Below, piece by piece: positions 53,104 through 64,000 of a stretch of DNA of 64,000 nucleotides. The position numbers and the translations under genes were made by a program. The first letter of the stretch is position 1; each line of letters begins with the position of its first letter. The stretch comes from Chiloscyllium plagiosum (Eukaryota), in assembly GCF_004010195.1 (NCBI RefSeq), contig NC_057749.1:6439327-6503326 (forward strand), given 5' to 3'. The notes under the pieces were generated by a model, which searched no databases, was not told the DNA's origin, and saw only the letters and a program-made list of their open reading frames with translations.

Positions 53104-55011
53104 CTTTTACCGCAATGTTTTAACAGGTTTCACCTTGGCCCTGTACAGGACAATGTTGGAGAGATTATCTGGGGAAGGGAGGTTTAGGGTACACCCCCTG
53201 TGGAGAATTCCAGGGAAAGGGTGAGCAGAGAGAGAGGGCTGGAGGTCAGTCATTTGGAGATGGTGCCTGGGCTCCCATCAATATCCAGGACTGTTCTCAG
53301 CAGCATTTCAGTAAGCCGAGTTCACTTTTAATCACTGTAAACAAAAGACACGATCAGTGTTGGAATCATGTCTTTCATGTAATGTTTCTATTGGGACCTT
53401 GAGATCTCCTTTGGATAATCCGATATTTGGATAATTGATATTTGGATAATCGAGGTTCCTCTGTATTTTAATTCACAGAAAGAATTCTGGAGAAACTCAG
53501 CAGGTCTGGCAGCATCTGTGGAGAGAGAAACACAGTTAATGTTTCAAGTCATAGACATAGCCATATTCATTGAGGTGTACAGGCCCTTCATTCCAGCATG
53601 TCTATACTGACCAATAAATATCAACTAAATTAATCCCATTTGCAGTTGATCCACAACTTACATGCCCTGTTTTTTTAAGTGCTCATCCAGGTACTTCTTA
53701 AGTGTTCAGAGAAAACCTGCCTCCACCACCCTCTTAGGCAACATAAAGGTCATAGAGTTATACAGCACAGAAACAGGCCCTTCAGCCCTACTCATCCATG
53801 CAGACCGGGTTTCCTAAACTGAACCAGTCCCAGCTGCCATCGTTTGGCCCATATCCCTCGAAACCTTTCCTATCCATGTACCTGTCCAAATGTCTATTAA
53901 ATGTTGTAATTGTACCCACCTTTTCCTCTGCCTCTGGCAGCTCCTTCCGTACATGCACCCATGCTTTGTGTGAAAAGGTGGTCCCTCGTAAATCTTCCCC
54001 CTCTCACCTTAAACTTGTGCTCTCGAGTTTAGACTCGCTCCCCCACATGTTCCATATTTTTACCACCTCTGGGTGAAAAGCAATTCTCATATTTTCTCTA
54101 AACCATTTGCTCTTCACCCTAAGCTTATGCCCTCGGGTCTTAAGACATGTCAGCCATGGGGAAGAGGTTCTCATGATCTACTTTATCTATGTTTTTCATG
54201 ATGCTGTATGCCTCAATCCATCTCCTCTGTTCCAGTCAATCAAATCCAGTCTCTCCTCATAACTGAGTATTTTCATTTCAGGCAACATCCTGGCAAAATT
54301 CCTCTCACACTCTGTCCAATGCAATCAAGTCCTTCGGTTAGTGTGGTGACCAGAACTGCACACAACAGCCCAGTGACCCTTCCTCAGAACTTGAACAGAC
54401 AAATTCCTGGGACGGTAAGATTGATGTATGAAGAGAAATTGGATCAGTTAAGATTGTAGTCACTAGAGTTTAGAAGAATGAGAGGGGGATCTCACCAAAA
54501 CTTATAAAATTATGAGGAGCATGGATAGCGTAGATAGGAAGAAACTTTATTCCTTGACAGGGGGATCAATATCCAGGGAATATATTTAGGATAAGGAACA
54601 ATAGGAGCTCTGAGAACATTTTCACCCAGAGGGTGTGGAAATCAGCTCACAGTCTGTAAGTGCATGAGAGGACAAACATTTAATAGAATCCCTACAGTGT
54701 AGAAACAGGTCATTCGGTCCATCCTAACCCTCCGAAGAGCACCTCACCCAGAACCGTCCCTTATCTTATCCCTGTAACTCTGCATTTCCCATGGCTAACC
54801 CATCTAGCCTGCACACCCCTGAACACTATGGACAATTTAGCATGGCCAATCCACCTAAATCGCACATCTTTGAACAGTGGGAGGAAACTGGAGCACCCAA
54901 AGGAAACCCACGCAGACACGGGTCCCGGGAACTGTGAGGCATTAGTGCTTACTACTGAGCCACCGTATTTGGATGTGCACTTGTAATGTCAAGACATATA
55001 GGGCAATGGGC

Positions 55012-55257
55012 AAAAGTGAGGACTGCAGATGCTGGAAACCAGAGTTTAGATCAGAGTGGTGCTGGAAAAGCACAGCAGGTCAGGCAGCATCCGAGGAGCA
55101 GGAAAATCGACATTTCAGGCAAAAACCCTTCATCAGGAATCGAGGCAGGAAGCCTCTAAATCTATCTCAGGAGATATAAATGGGGAGTGGGGAGGGTGTA
55201 GGGCTGGGGAGATGGTAGCAAAGAGTACAATAGGTGAATGGGGGTGGGGATGGAGGG
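55012..55257 (-). mobile_element. Short Penelope-derived insertion with 17-bp TSD
   Basis: CATATAGGGCAATGGGC at 54995-55011 and 55258-55274. Confidence 0.82.
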
Positions 55258-55853
55258 CATATAGGGCAATGGGCCAAGTGCTGGAAACTGGGATTGGAAT
55301 ATCTATGTGGTTGCTTTTTGACCAGCATGGACAGGATTGGCTGATAGGCCAGTTTTTTGTGCTGCAGATCTCAATGATTAGACAGGGATGATTTTCCCAA
55401 TGACATCCAGAACCAGGGGTCACAATTTAAGGTCAAGGGATCAGCCATTTAGGACACAGATGAGGAGAAATTTCTTCACCCAGAGAGTGGGGAGCCTGTG
55501 GAAATCTTTGCCATAGAATCAGATGAGCTCAAAACACTGAACGTTTTCAAGAAGGGTTAGAGATAGATGTTAGGAAGAAAGGAATCAAAGGGCATGTGGA
55601 GAAAGCAGGAACAGCCATGATCATATTGAATGGCAGAACAGGTTTGAAGTGCTGAACAATCTATCCTGCCTTTACTTTCTGTGTTTCTGTGTTCATTTCA
55701 CACTCCACTCTGGTCTTGTCAGGGGTGTCCCTGGCAGAACCACAGACGGGGTACAGATTAAAAACTCAACAAGTATTGCTGATATAATTCAGTGGCGCCC
55801 ATTTCATTCATTAAAAATATTGTTAGATTTATGTAGTTTTTCATGATGCCAGT

Positions 55854-56375
55854 TTAGATGATACCAATCTTATTAGCAACATTCAAAGCTTCAGTCAGAC
55901 AGATTCTGTCTTTTCATCATCAGGCCTTGGGAGATTAGATTAGATTACATTACAGTGTGGAAACAGGCCCTTCGGCCCAACAAGTCCACACTGACCCGCT
56001 GAAGCGTAACCCACCCATACCCCTACATTTACCCTTTACCTAACACTACGGGCAATTTAGCATGGCCAATTCACCTGACCTGCACATCTTTGGACTGTGG
56101 GAGGAAACCGGAGCACCCGGAGGAAACCCACGCAGACACGGGGAGAACGTGCAAACTCCACTCAGTCGCCTGAGGCGGGAATTGAACCCGGGTCTCTGGC
56201 GCTGTGAGGCAGCAGTGCTAACCACTGTGCCACCGTGCCGCCCACTGTTGACTTTAGTTAGATCAATATCAAAGGATTTCTTGAGAGTCTGTTTGATCTG
56301 GTACTTGTTGACTGTCATATCAACAATGAAAACCAATGTATTGCCCTCAATTTTATTCATGGCAGACTCGACTAA
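55854..56375 (-). pseudogene. RPL23A: RPL23A processed pseudogene, 5'-truncated and split by a SINE
   Basis: 56375-56244 reads [41 protein letters not shown]. After the SINE it continues RPDDEKTESV*L, a frameshifting deletion, then ALNVANKIGII* (stop 55854-55856). This matches the uL23 C-terminus. Confidence 0.92.
55932..56243 (-). mobile_element. tRNA-derived SINE (HE1-type) inserted in the RPL23A pseudogene
   Basis: Full-length reverse-complement match to 61080-61381. Confidence 0.9.
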
Positions 56376-56383
56376 GGAGTGGC

Positions 56384-56793
56384 TCAATAGGCTGGGGTTT
56401 TTGTACCTCAAGCGTTGGAGGTTGAGGGGCGACCTAATGGAGGTTTATAAAATCATGAGGGGGCATGGATAGGGTAAATAACCAAGGTTTTTTTTTCAGG
56501 GTGGGGAGTCCAAACTTAGAGGGTGAGAGGGGAACGATTTAAAATGGACCTAAGGTGCAACCTTTTCACGCAGAGGTTGAAACGTGTGTGGAACAAGCTG
56601 CCAGAGAAAGTGGTGGAGGCTGGTACAATTACAACATTTAAAAAGCATTTGGACAGGTACATGGATAGGAAATGTTTATAGGAACTTGAACTAAATGCAG
56701 GAATATGGGACAACTTCAGTTTGGGAAAACTGGTCAGCACGGATGAGTTGGGCCGAAGGGTCTGCTTCCGTGCTGTATAACTCCATGACTCTA
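56384..56793 (+). mobile_element. CR1 3' fragment abutting the RPL23A pseudogene
   Basis: [27 protein letters not shown]; ccatgactct tail. Confidence 0.85.
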
Positions 56794-59700
56794 TAATTGT
56801 TCAGCTCCCTGTGTCATTTTGGAAGTAGACTGCAGATTTTTGATTTTTCAAATGAGGCAAACATTTATGTTGAAAGAACCCAATTTCAATCAACAGAAAT
56901 GAGCACTGTGTCCTTACTGGTCAATGCCCTATCCATCAATCTGCATAGCTGCCTGTACTCACAGAAACTAATGCGGCTGGATGTCTGAAATTTCTGATAG
57001 GGCTTCAATTAGCTGTCAAAATACCCACCACAAAGCTCTTAGTGTCTTTTTCTTGCAGATGATTACCGCTGCTAATGATGACATAATTGTTTTACCTGAC
57101 GCTGCAAGAACATAAGAAATTAGGTGAGAATATCATGGTGTTGAAGACTCCAGGAAATATTTAATACAATTATCAATTAAATACAGACATTGCATTCCTC
57201 AGGCACAAAGTGTCTGGGCTAGTATTAAGCTGATAAGTGGTGCAGAACTGCATGCATCAAGCGTATCATGCTTCAAGTGATCCTCAGGGTAAGATGGAGT
57301 GTGTAATCTTCACGTGACATGCCATGATACAGTGATGATATCCTGTGCATGTCTCAAGGTAATACTGACATACAGACCATGAGACTTAAAACAACACAAT
57401 CCATTGAATCAAAGCCAATATACAAGAGCAATCACTTGTTGGGCCGAAGGGTCTGTTTTCACACTGTAGGAAATCTAATCTATTTATAAAAACAGCTGTA
57501 ATTCAGAAACAAAAACAGAAGTTGCTAGAAAGGTCTGTGAAGAGAAAGCAAAGTTAATGTTAATTATTAATTAATCAATTAATTAATGTTCAAGTTCTGA
57601 GGAAGGGTCACCAGACCCAAAACATTAACTTTGATTTCTCTTCACAGATGTTGCCAGATCTCCTGAGCTTTTCCAGCAACTTCTGTTTTCTTTTATTAAT
57701 CATTTATTTGCTTTCTTTGTGTGTATAGATTTGTATTGTGGTTGCTGCATTCACAAGTAACTTCAAATTAATTAATTCACTATAAATGGAGCACTTTATG
57801 AAATGTGATTTTTTTTCCCCCCTGATGTTTGTATAGCGGAGATCACAGTGATGTCTACAGGGACCAACTTCAAAATTTGCAAAAACATTTGACATATCCA
57901 TGACTGACACATTTTCATATTTAGTCAGTGCGATGGACCATCATTATATCTACACTTAATGTATCACTTTATAAATATTTGCAACATCGGAGCTTTTCAT
58001 GAAATCAGCAGTTGTCAGAAACAACTGTCAGAATAAAGGCAATATGCACTGGCAGGTTGATACTCCCACAGCCAGAACACTGAATCCTCCCGTCAATGAA
58101 ATTTGCTTTGTCATTTTTGCAACACGATTGTCCCATTTAAGTTCATTACATATTTATTACTTTTGAACAACTTCCAAAACGATTATCTTGAAGTGACCGG
58201 CTAATTGATGAGCAGGCAATTTCCGTTTTGAGCTCATACCAAGAAAACAGGCCCAACTCCTTTGAGCAAGAGTCATCATGAAAAAAAAAATTGCATTTTT
58301 GAGATTCACTATTGTGTTACATCTGTGCTGAAATATTCCTCTCAATTTAGGGACTAACATAAGTTATTCTGGCTGTTTTCTTCAACCCTTGTCATGGTGA
58401 CTTGCTTCTTCAGCTCACATTTCCATTAGCCTTCAGAGACAGCTTACAACACAGCATACCATATATTGTAAACATAAGTAACAGTTAACCTTGGATTAAA
58501 GTCAAACCCAGTTTTGACCAAAACGCCCTTAGTTTCAATTATTTTGCATCCAAATGGATCTCTGGCTTTTGACCAGAAGATCCAAACACTTGCAACTCAC
58601 CATTCATCTGAAGACAAAGCTCTCCTAGAGTACACCCATTTACATATAGTACCCCATCGTAGTCAACTGTTCAGCTTCACAGCTGTCCACACAACAAGAC
58701 ATAATGTCCAAGGTTACCACATTACTGATGCATACTCCATTCACGCTAATCTCTCTCTCTCATTTTTCTAAATTCATTTATGGGATATGGTCATTCTCTG
58801 GCCAGGCCAGTATTTATTGCCTATCCCTAATTGCCCAGAGGGCAGCTAAGAGTCAACCATGTTGCTGTGGATCTTGAGCCATATGTTGGCCAGACCGGGT
58901 AAGGATGGCAGTTTCCTTCCCTCATGGACAGATGGATTTTCCAAAAACACCTTTGGAATATGAGTAAACCAGATGGGTTTTCCAAAAATTGACAACAGTT
59001 TCATGGTCATCATTGGACTCCTAATGCTAGATTTTCAGAGCCGGCTTTGAACCCAAGTCCCCAGAACATTACCTTGGTCTCTGGTCTAGTGATAATATCA
59101 CAAAGGCGAACTTCTCCTCAATATGCTCTTAAGGAGGAATGATAGATACACAACAAATTGCAGAGCCAACATATCATTGTGTAGCAGCTAGGGTACTCAA
59201 GATGTGGGAGAAGAATGTTAGAACTTGGAGGAAGCTCTCTCGCAGCTTAGGCAGATGTCTAAGTATAAACATGTGAGCAGGGGGAAAGCCTGGCAGTTGG
59301 AAGATGAAATGCAGCAATGTGAATCCCCAGAACTGGCTCTCGGTTTCCCTTGCCCTGAAGCAATGGCAAAAAAATGAGGCAATGTGGATTTCAAAGCTAG
59401 CCCTGAACAGTGTACCAGGTTTATGAAGAGACATGGTTTTTTATTGTGACAGAAGATCACATTTTGCTAGTGTCTCCCAACATTCCAAAGGTGTGCAGGT
59501 TAGATGGATTGGCCATGGGAAATTGCCTTGTGGTGTCCAGGGATATGCAGGCTAGGCAGATTAGCCATGTGAAATGCGGGGTTACAGGGTGAGGGGGCTG
59601 GGTCTGGATGTGGTTACTCTTTGGAGGGTCAGTGCAGTCCCCATGGTCCCAGTGGTCTCTCTCCACACTGTAGGGATTCTACGATTCTAACTTGATGATG

Positions 59701-61079
59701 AGTTTATTACTTTTCAGCGGTTTATAATCCAACATCGACAGCTTGTTGGATACAGATGGGCCAAAATTTGGAACATGGATAAGATTTCCTTTAATTTGAA
59801 CATGTCTGTGGCTCCAATGGTCAGTAAAATTGGAGGGAAAACAGTTTTGATGAAGCCAACTGGTTATGAAGATAGGGGATTCATAACAGTGCAGTCATTT
59901 AGGTCCAGTATGGGATAAAGTTTATGCTAATGGTTCTTTAAAGTGAAAAAATGCTTTCAGAAAAGCAATTCCCTGAAGGAGAAGTCACGATAAAGGATGG
60001 ATGAATGAAGATGACTTGAAACTTTGGCCCAGGAAGGTTTGGTGTTTCTGACCAGGATAATTATATAATGAAGGCTGGGACATAGAATCCCTCCGATGTG
60101 CAATCAGGCAATTCAGCCCATCGGGTTCACACTGACCCTCCAAACAGCATCCCACCCAATCACCCTGCATTTCCCCCATTGGCTAATCCACCTAATCTGC
60201 ACATCCATGGTCTCTATGGGCAATTTAGCATGGCCAGTCCACCTAACCTGCACATCTTTGGACTGTGGGAGGAAACCCACGCAGACACAGGGAGAGCATA
60301 CTAACTCCGTGCAGCCAGTTGCCTGAGGGTGGAATCGAAGCTGAATCACTGATGGTATGAGGTAATGGTACTAACCACTGAGCCAATGTGTGACCCCATT
60401 TCTTCTTCAGAAAAAACAATATATGGCAAACAGCTTTATTAACAGGTTGGTACACAGCTTACTGTAACATGTGCAACCTCCTAATCACATGTTTCTTGCT
60501 GGACTGCACATGGCAGTACATCATGTGATTTCATCCTGGTTTTTGGCTCATTAGCAACCAAAAGCTTTGCATAATCCATCACTGGAGAGACTTGTGAATT
60601 CACTGGTGACAAGATGACTGAGTACATGACATGCTCAGATCCCACCTTGTGGATTATGTTGCTGGAGTTCGAGCATAAAACAGTGATATTGCAGTGATTC
60701 CTTGTGGTCTAACTAGCCGTGTTCAACCATCATGTATCTGTCTGGTAATGTTACCTTAGTCTCAGAGGACAACAAAATTGTTGCTCATTAGAGAGAAAGA
60801 GAGAGAGAGATGACTGGTGATTGGTTAATCAAAGGGTCACCGTACCTCAGGCAAGGGAAGGTTTGCTTCGAGAGGATATTTCAGGGGGTGGTGTTTCCAT
60901 GTGTCTGCTGCCCCTATTCTCCCAGATGGGTTGAGAATTGCTACCTTGAAGAGCCTTGGTGCATTTCTGCAGCGTACCTTGTAGGTGGTATCCATTGCTG
61001 CTACTGTGCAACAGAGCTGGAGTGATGCGGTTCCAATCAAGCAGGCTGCTTTGTCCTGGATAGGGTCAAACTCCTTGGT

Positions 61080-61381
61080 GGGCGGCACAGTGGCACAGTG
61101 GTTAGCACTGCTGCCTCACAGCGCCAGAGACCCGGGTTCAATTCCCGCCTCAGGCGACTGACTGTGTGGAGTTTGCACGTTCTCCCCATGTCTGCGTGGG
61201 TTTCCTCCCACAGTCACAAAGATGTGCAGGTCAGGTGAATTGGCCATGCTAAATTGCCCGTAGTGTTAGGTAAGGGGTAAATGTAGGGGTATGGGTGGGT
61301 TACGCTTTGGCGGGTCGGTGTGGACTTGTTGGGCCGAAGGGCCTGTTTCCACATTGTAATGCAATCTAATCTAATCTAATC
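61080..61381 (+). mobile_element. tRNA-derived SINE (HE1-type), young copy
   Basis: GGGCGGCACAGTGGCACAGTGG (A box), GGTTCAATTCC (B box), (TAATC)n tail. Confidence 0.9.
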
Positions 61382-61414
61382 CTTCATTGTGGTTGGAGCT
61401 GTACTGATCTAGGG

Positions 61415-62164
61415 TGTTATGGACCAGACCAGACCCCCTCAAAATATTTCAAGAAAGTAGCCTGGACCCTAACTTATCTAAAGTGGTGTAAAGTGTAAAG
61501 TGGATATTCCAGGTGCAATGCAGCTGGCCCAACCACTTGGTTTTAAACAAAACAGAATTTATTTGCAAGATTACTGAATGAAACACAAAGGGGAACAGAA
61601 TATAGAATAACCTAACTATTTAACAACCCAATTGGCTCTATCGCAACTTAATGATGCTGTTTCAAATGCTTGCAACAGAGCCCGGAAACAACGCCTCAGC
61701 ATAAGGTAAAATCAGATACAGGTTCTTACAGGGGAGAGAGATGGCAGAGAGATTTAGACTGGAACCTCCTTCCAATGTTGCTGTTTATTTGGATTCCCCA
61801 GCTTAAAATGGACCAGCAGCTCCTGAATAGCCAGACTGCTAAAAAAAACCAAAACATCATCCAGCACATGGTAAATGATGGGATAGTGAAGGGCTGACGA
61901 GCTGAGAAAAGTTCGCAGGTCGGTGCAACATTGAGGGCCGAAGAGCCTGTTCTGCACCGTATTGTTCTATGTTCTAGAAACCAGAGAAAAGCTGATCTGG
62001 GAGAACTGGCCATTCCCCTTTCATTGTACAAATATTCATTTCAAAACTTAAAAGCTTCTTCAAGTAGGTACACCCAGACATCTTGGAATCCATGACTTTA
62101 TGACCCCTCTGAAAAAAAAAAGCCAAGGGTAACAATACCTTGTTAAAGGAGTAGCGTCATCACA
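61415..62164 (-). mobile_element. Solo LTR with 4-bp TSD
   Basis: TG...CA termini; AGGG at 61411-61414 and 62165-62168. Related ends at about 63577-63730 and, reverse-complemented, ending at 51519. Confidence 0.78.
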
Positions 62165-64000
62165 AGGGCAAGTGGGGAGCACTCCATCACAAGCCTGACT
62201 TGTGCCTTGTAGCTGGTGGACAAGCTTTAAGAAGTCAGTAAGTGAGTTACTTGCTGCAGGATTCCTCATCTCTGACACACACTTATATCTATGGTATTTC
62301 CATGGACAGTTCAATTTCTGGTCAACATTAACACCCAGAAAGGAAGAGAAACAGAGTTTCAAAAATGCAGTCAAGACTTTCAGCATTTTTTCATTTTACA
62401 TTTCTCATATCTGTAGTATTTTCCTTTTTTGTTTTTAATGATGCTCAAAAGCTCCACTTATCACTGGACCCCTGCCTGATGGGTGGGTGGGATCATCCTC
62501 AGGAGGTGACAAAAATTCAAAGATGACACTTACTCACAGACAGCACTGCATTCTGCCACTGAACGACTCAGACACGGAGACACGGCAGGATCTCACTCTG
62601 AGTATATGTTAGCTGCACCACCTAGCAACATGGAGCTTTATTAAGTGCTTGGCTGTCGAGAGTGAGGCACAGGCACTACCTCAGACTGTGGTTGAAGTTG
62701 ACTAGTGGAAGCAATTTATGAATTCTGTTGGGAGATATTGCAGTTATGGTGGGAGTGATGAAGAAAGAAGAGGAGGAAGGGCACATCTAAACCTTTTTGG
62801 AGGCGACCTCCAAATATACGTGGTAGGGGAGTAAAAGAACATTACCCCCTGATACATCTGATTTGAAATAGTCTTATTATCTCCTCCTGTGTTATTCCAG
62901 TGAGCTTTTCTTGAAAGTACTTTTTTCTGAAATACTGCTGAGTATTCCATTGCATTTAGCAATATGTGTGATTTATCTGACAAGTGGCATTCCACATACA
63001 TGCACAGGAGATGAAACTCAGAATTTAATGGAGTTTGGACACTTCTAGGAAGAAGAATGTTAAAATTGCACTTGATATCGGCACTTCACAGCATAGATAG
63101 TTTGCTTGCTTTATTTGCCATAACTAGACCCTAGTCCAATGCTCTTCCGATTGTCTTTCTAATCTTCAAACATTTTGGAATTCAACTTATCTAAAACTCG
63201 ACCAACTGTGCACTACTCCATGCCAAAGCCCTTCTGCTGCTTGGATTCCATTTCCTTGAATTCACTCCCTAAATTGTCTGCCTCATCACCGCCCTGGGTT
63301 AGGGGTGGAGTTAGACAGCTAAAGATATGCTCAGCAATGGTGCAAAGAAGAAATCCAGAGTTCAAAGCGCTGAACGAGACTGTGAAGATAGTGATTGACA
63401 GGCCTTGGAAAGCTTTGGAAACAAGGATGAGAATTTGAAGCAATAATGTGTGCATAGCAGCAGCTTACACTTATAGAGCAACACGAATGTAATAAAAATT
63501 TCAAGTCAGCAATTCCCATGAGCTAGGATCACAGAAATGTTATAACACAGAAAGGCCATTTGGCCCATCATTCCATTATGGACCAGACCAGACCCCCTCA
63601 AGATATATTAAAAAGATAGAGTAGACCCAAACTTCCTCTTATTTTGAAGATAGGTATAAGGTGCTGCATTCCAGATGCAATTCGATTGGTCAATCTATCC
63701 GATTTGAAGCAAAACACACTTTATTTATTCACTCTTATAGCTAAGATAGATTTTATTTGATCAGTAAATAAATTAAGAGTTATAGTGACAATAGACAATA
63801 GATAATAGGTGCAGGAGTAGGCCATTCTGCCCTTCGAGCCTGCACCACCATTCAATCTGATCATGGCTGATCATCCTTAATCAGTATCCTGTTCCTGCCT
63901 TATCTCTATAACCCTTGATCCCACTATCCTTGAGAGCTCTATCCAACTCTTTCTTAAATGAATCCAGAGACTGGGCCTCTACTGCCCTCTGTGGCAGAGC

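Larger units (their letters stand above)
52211..53463. mobile_element. Tc1/mariner (Tigger-like) non-autonomous element enclosing a CA satellite
   Basis: TA|CAGAGGAATCTTGATTATCCGAA and TTGGATAATCGAGGTTCCTCTG|TA terminal inverted repeats; repeated GGATAAT subterminal motifs. Confidence 0.8.

Noticed and set aside
55890..55926. Hammerhead-like CTGATGA plus hairpin on the minus strand
   Set aside because: Explained by RPL23A codons (PDDEK...) and lacks a correctly placed GAAA.
57076..57100. Box C/D snoRNA (ATGATGA...CTGA)
   Set aside because: The boxes are only about 14 nt apart, far too short, with no terminal stem.
61080..61160. tRNA gene (A and B boxes)
   Set aside because: This is the head of a multi-copy SINE and continues into SINE body and tail.
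11300..64000. Exons of an upstream neighbour such as PARP6 (adjacent to PKM in human)
   Set aside because: No recognisable peptide found by eye; short exons could have been missed.

Overview
Vertebrate genomic DNA; the repeat families (HE1-type SINEs, CR1 with ATGACTCT tails, Penelope elements) suggest a shark or other cartilaginous fish (inference). The only intact gene is the 5' part of a pyruvate kinase, most likely PKM, on the minus strand. It has a CpG-island/TATA promoter at about 10.6-11.25 kb, a probable non-coding exon 1, and coding exons at 4189-4351 and 3522-3613; the rest lies left of the window. The 53 kb upstream is mostly repeats: CR1 and Tx1 LINE fragments, tRNA-derived SINEs, solo LTRs, Tc1/mariner-type MITEs, a hAT remnant, two Penelope coding remnants, a SINE-split RPL23A processed pseudogene and two satellites. 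The most striking pattern is many short, often palindromic Penelope-derived insertions with 10-17 bp target-site duplications (TSDs), carrying minimal hammerhead-ribozyme cores in at least three sequence families. A speculative pair of upstream open exons (27.5-28.7 kb) could add an in-frame N-terminal extension to PKM. I cannot support a wholly new biological system. All calls are by eye, without database searches.
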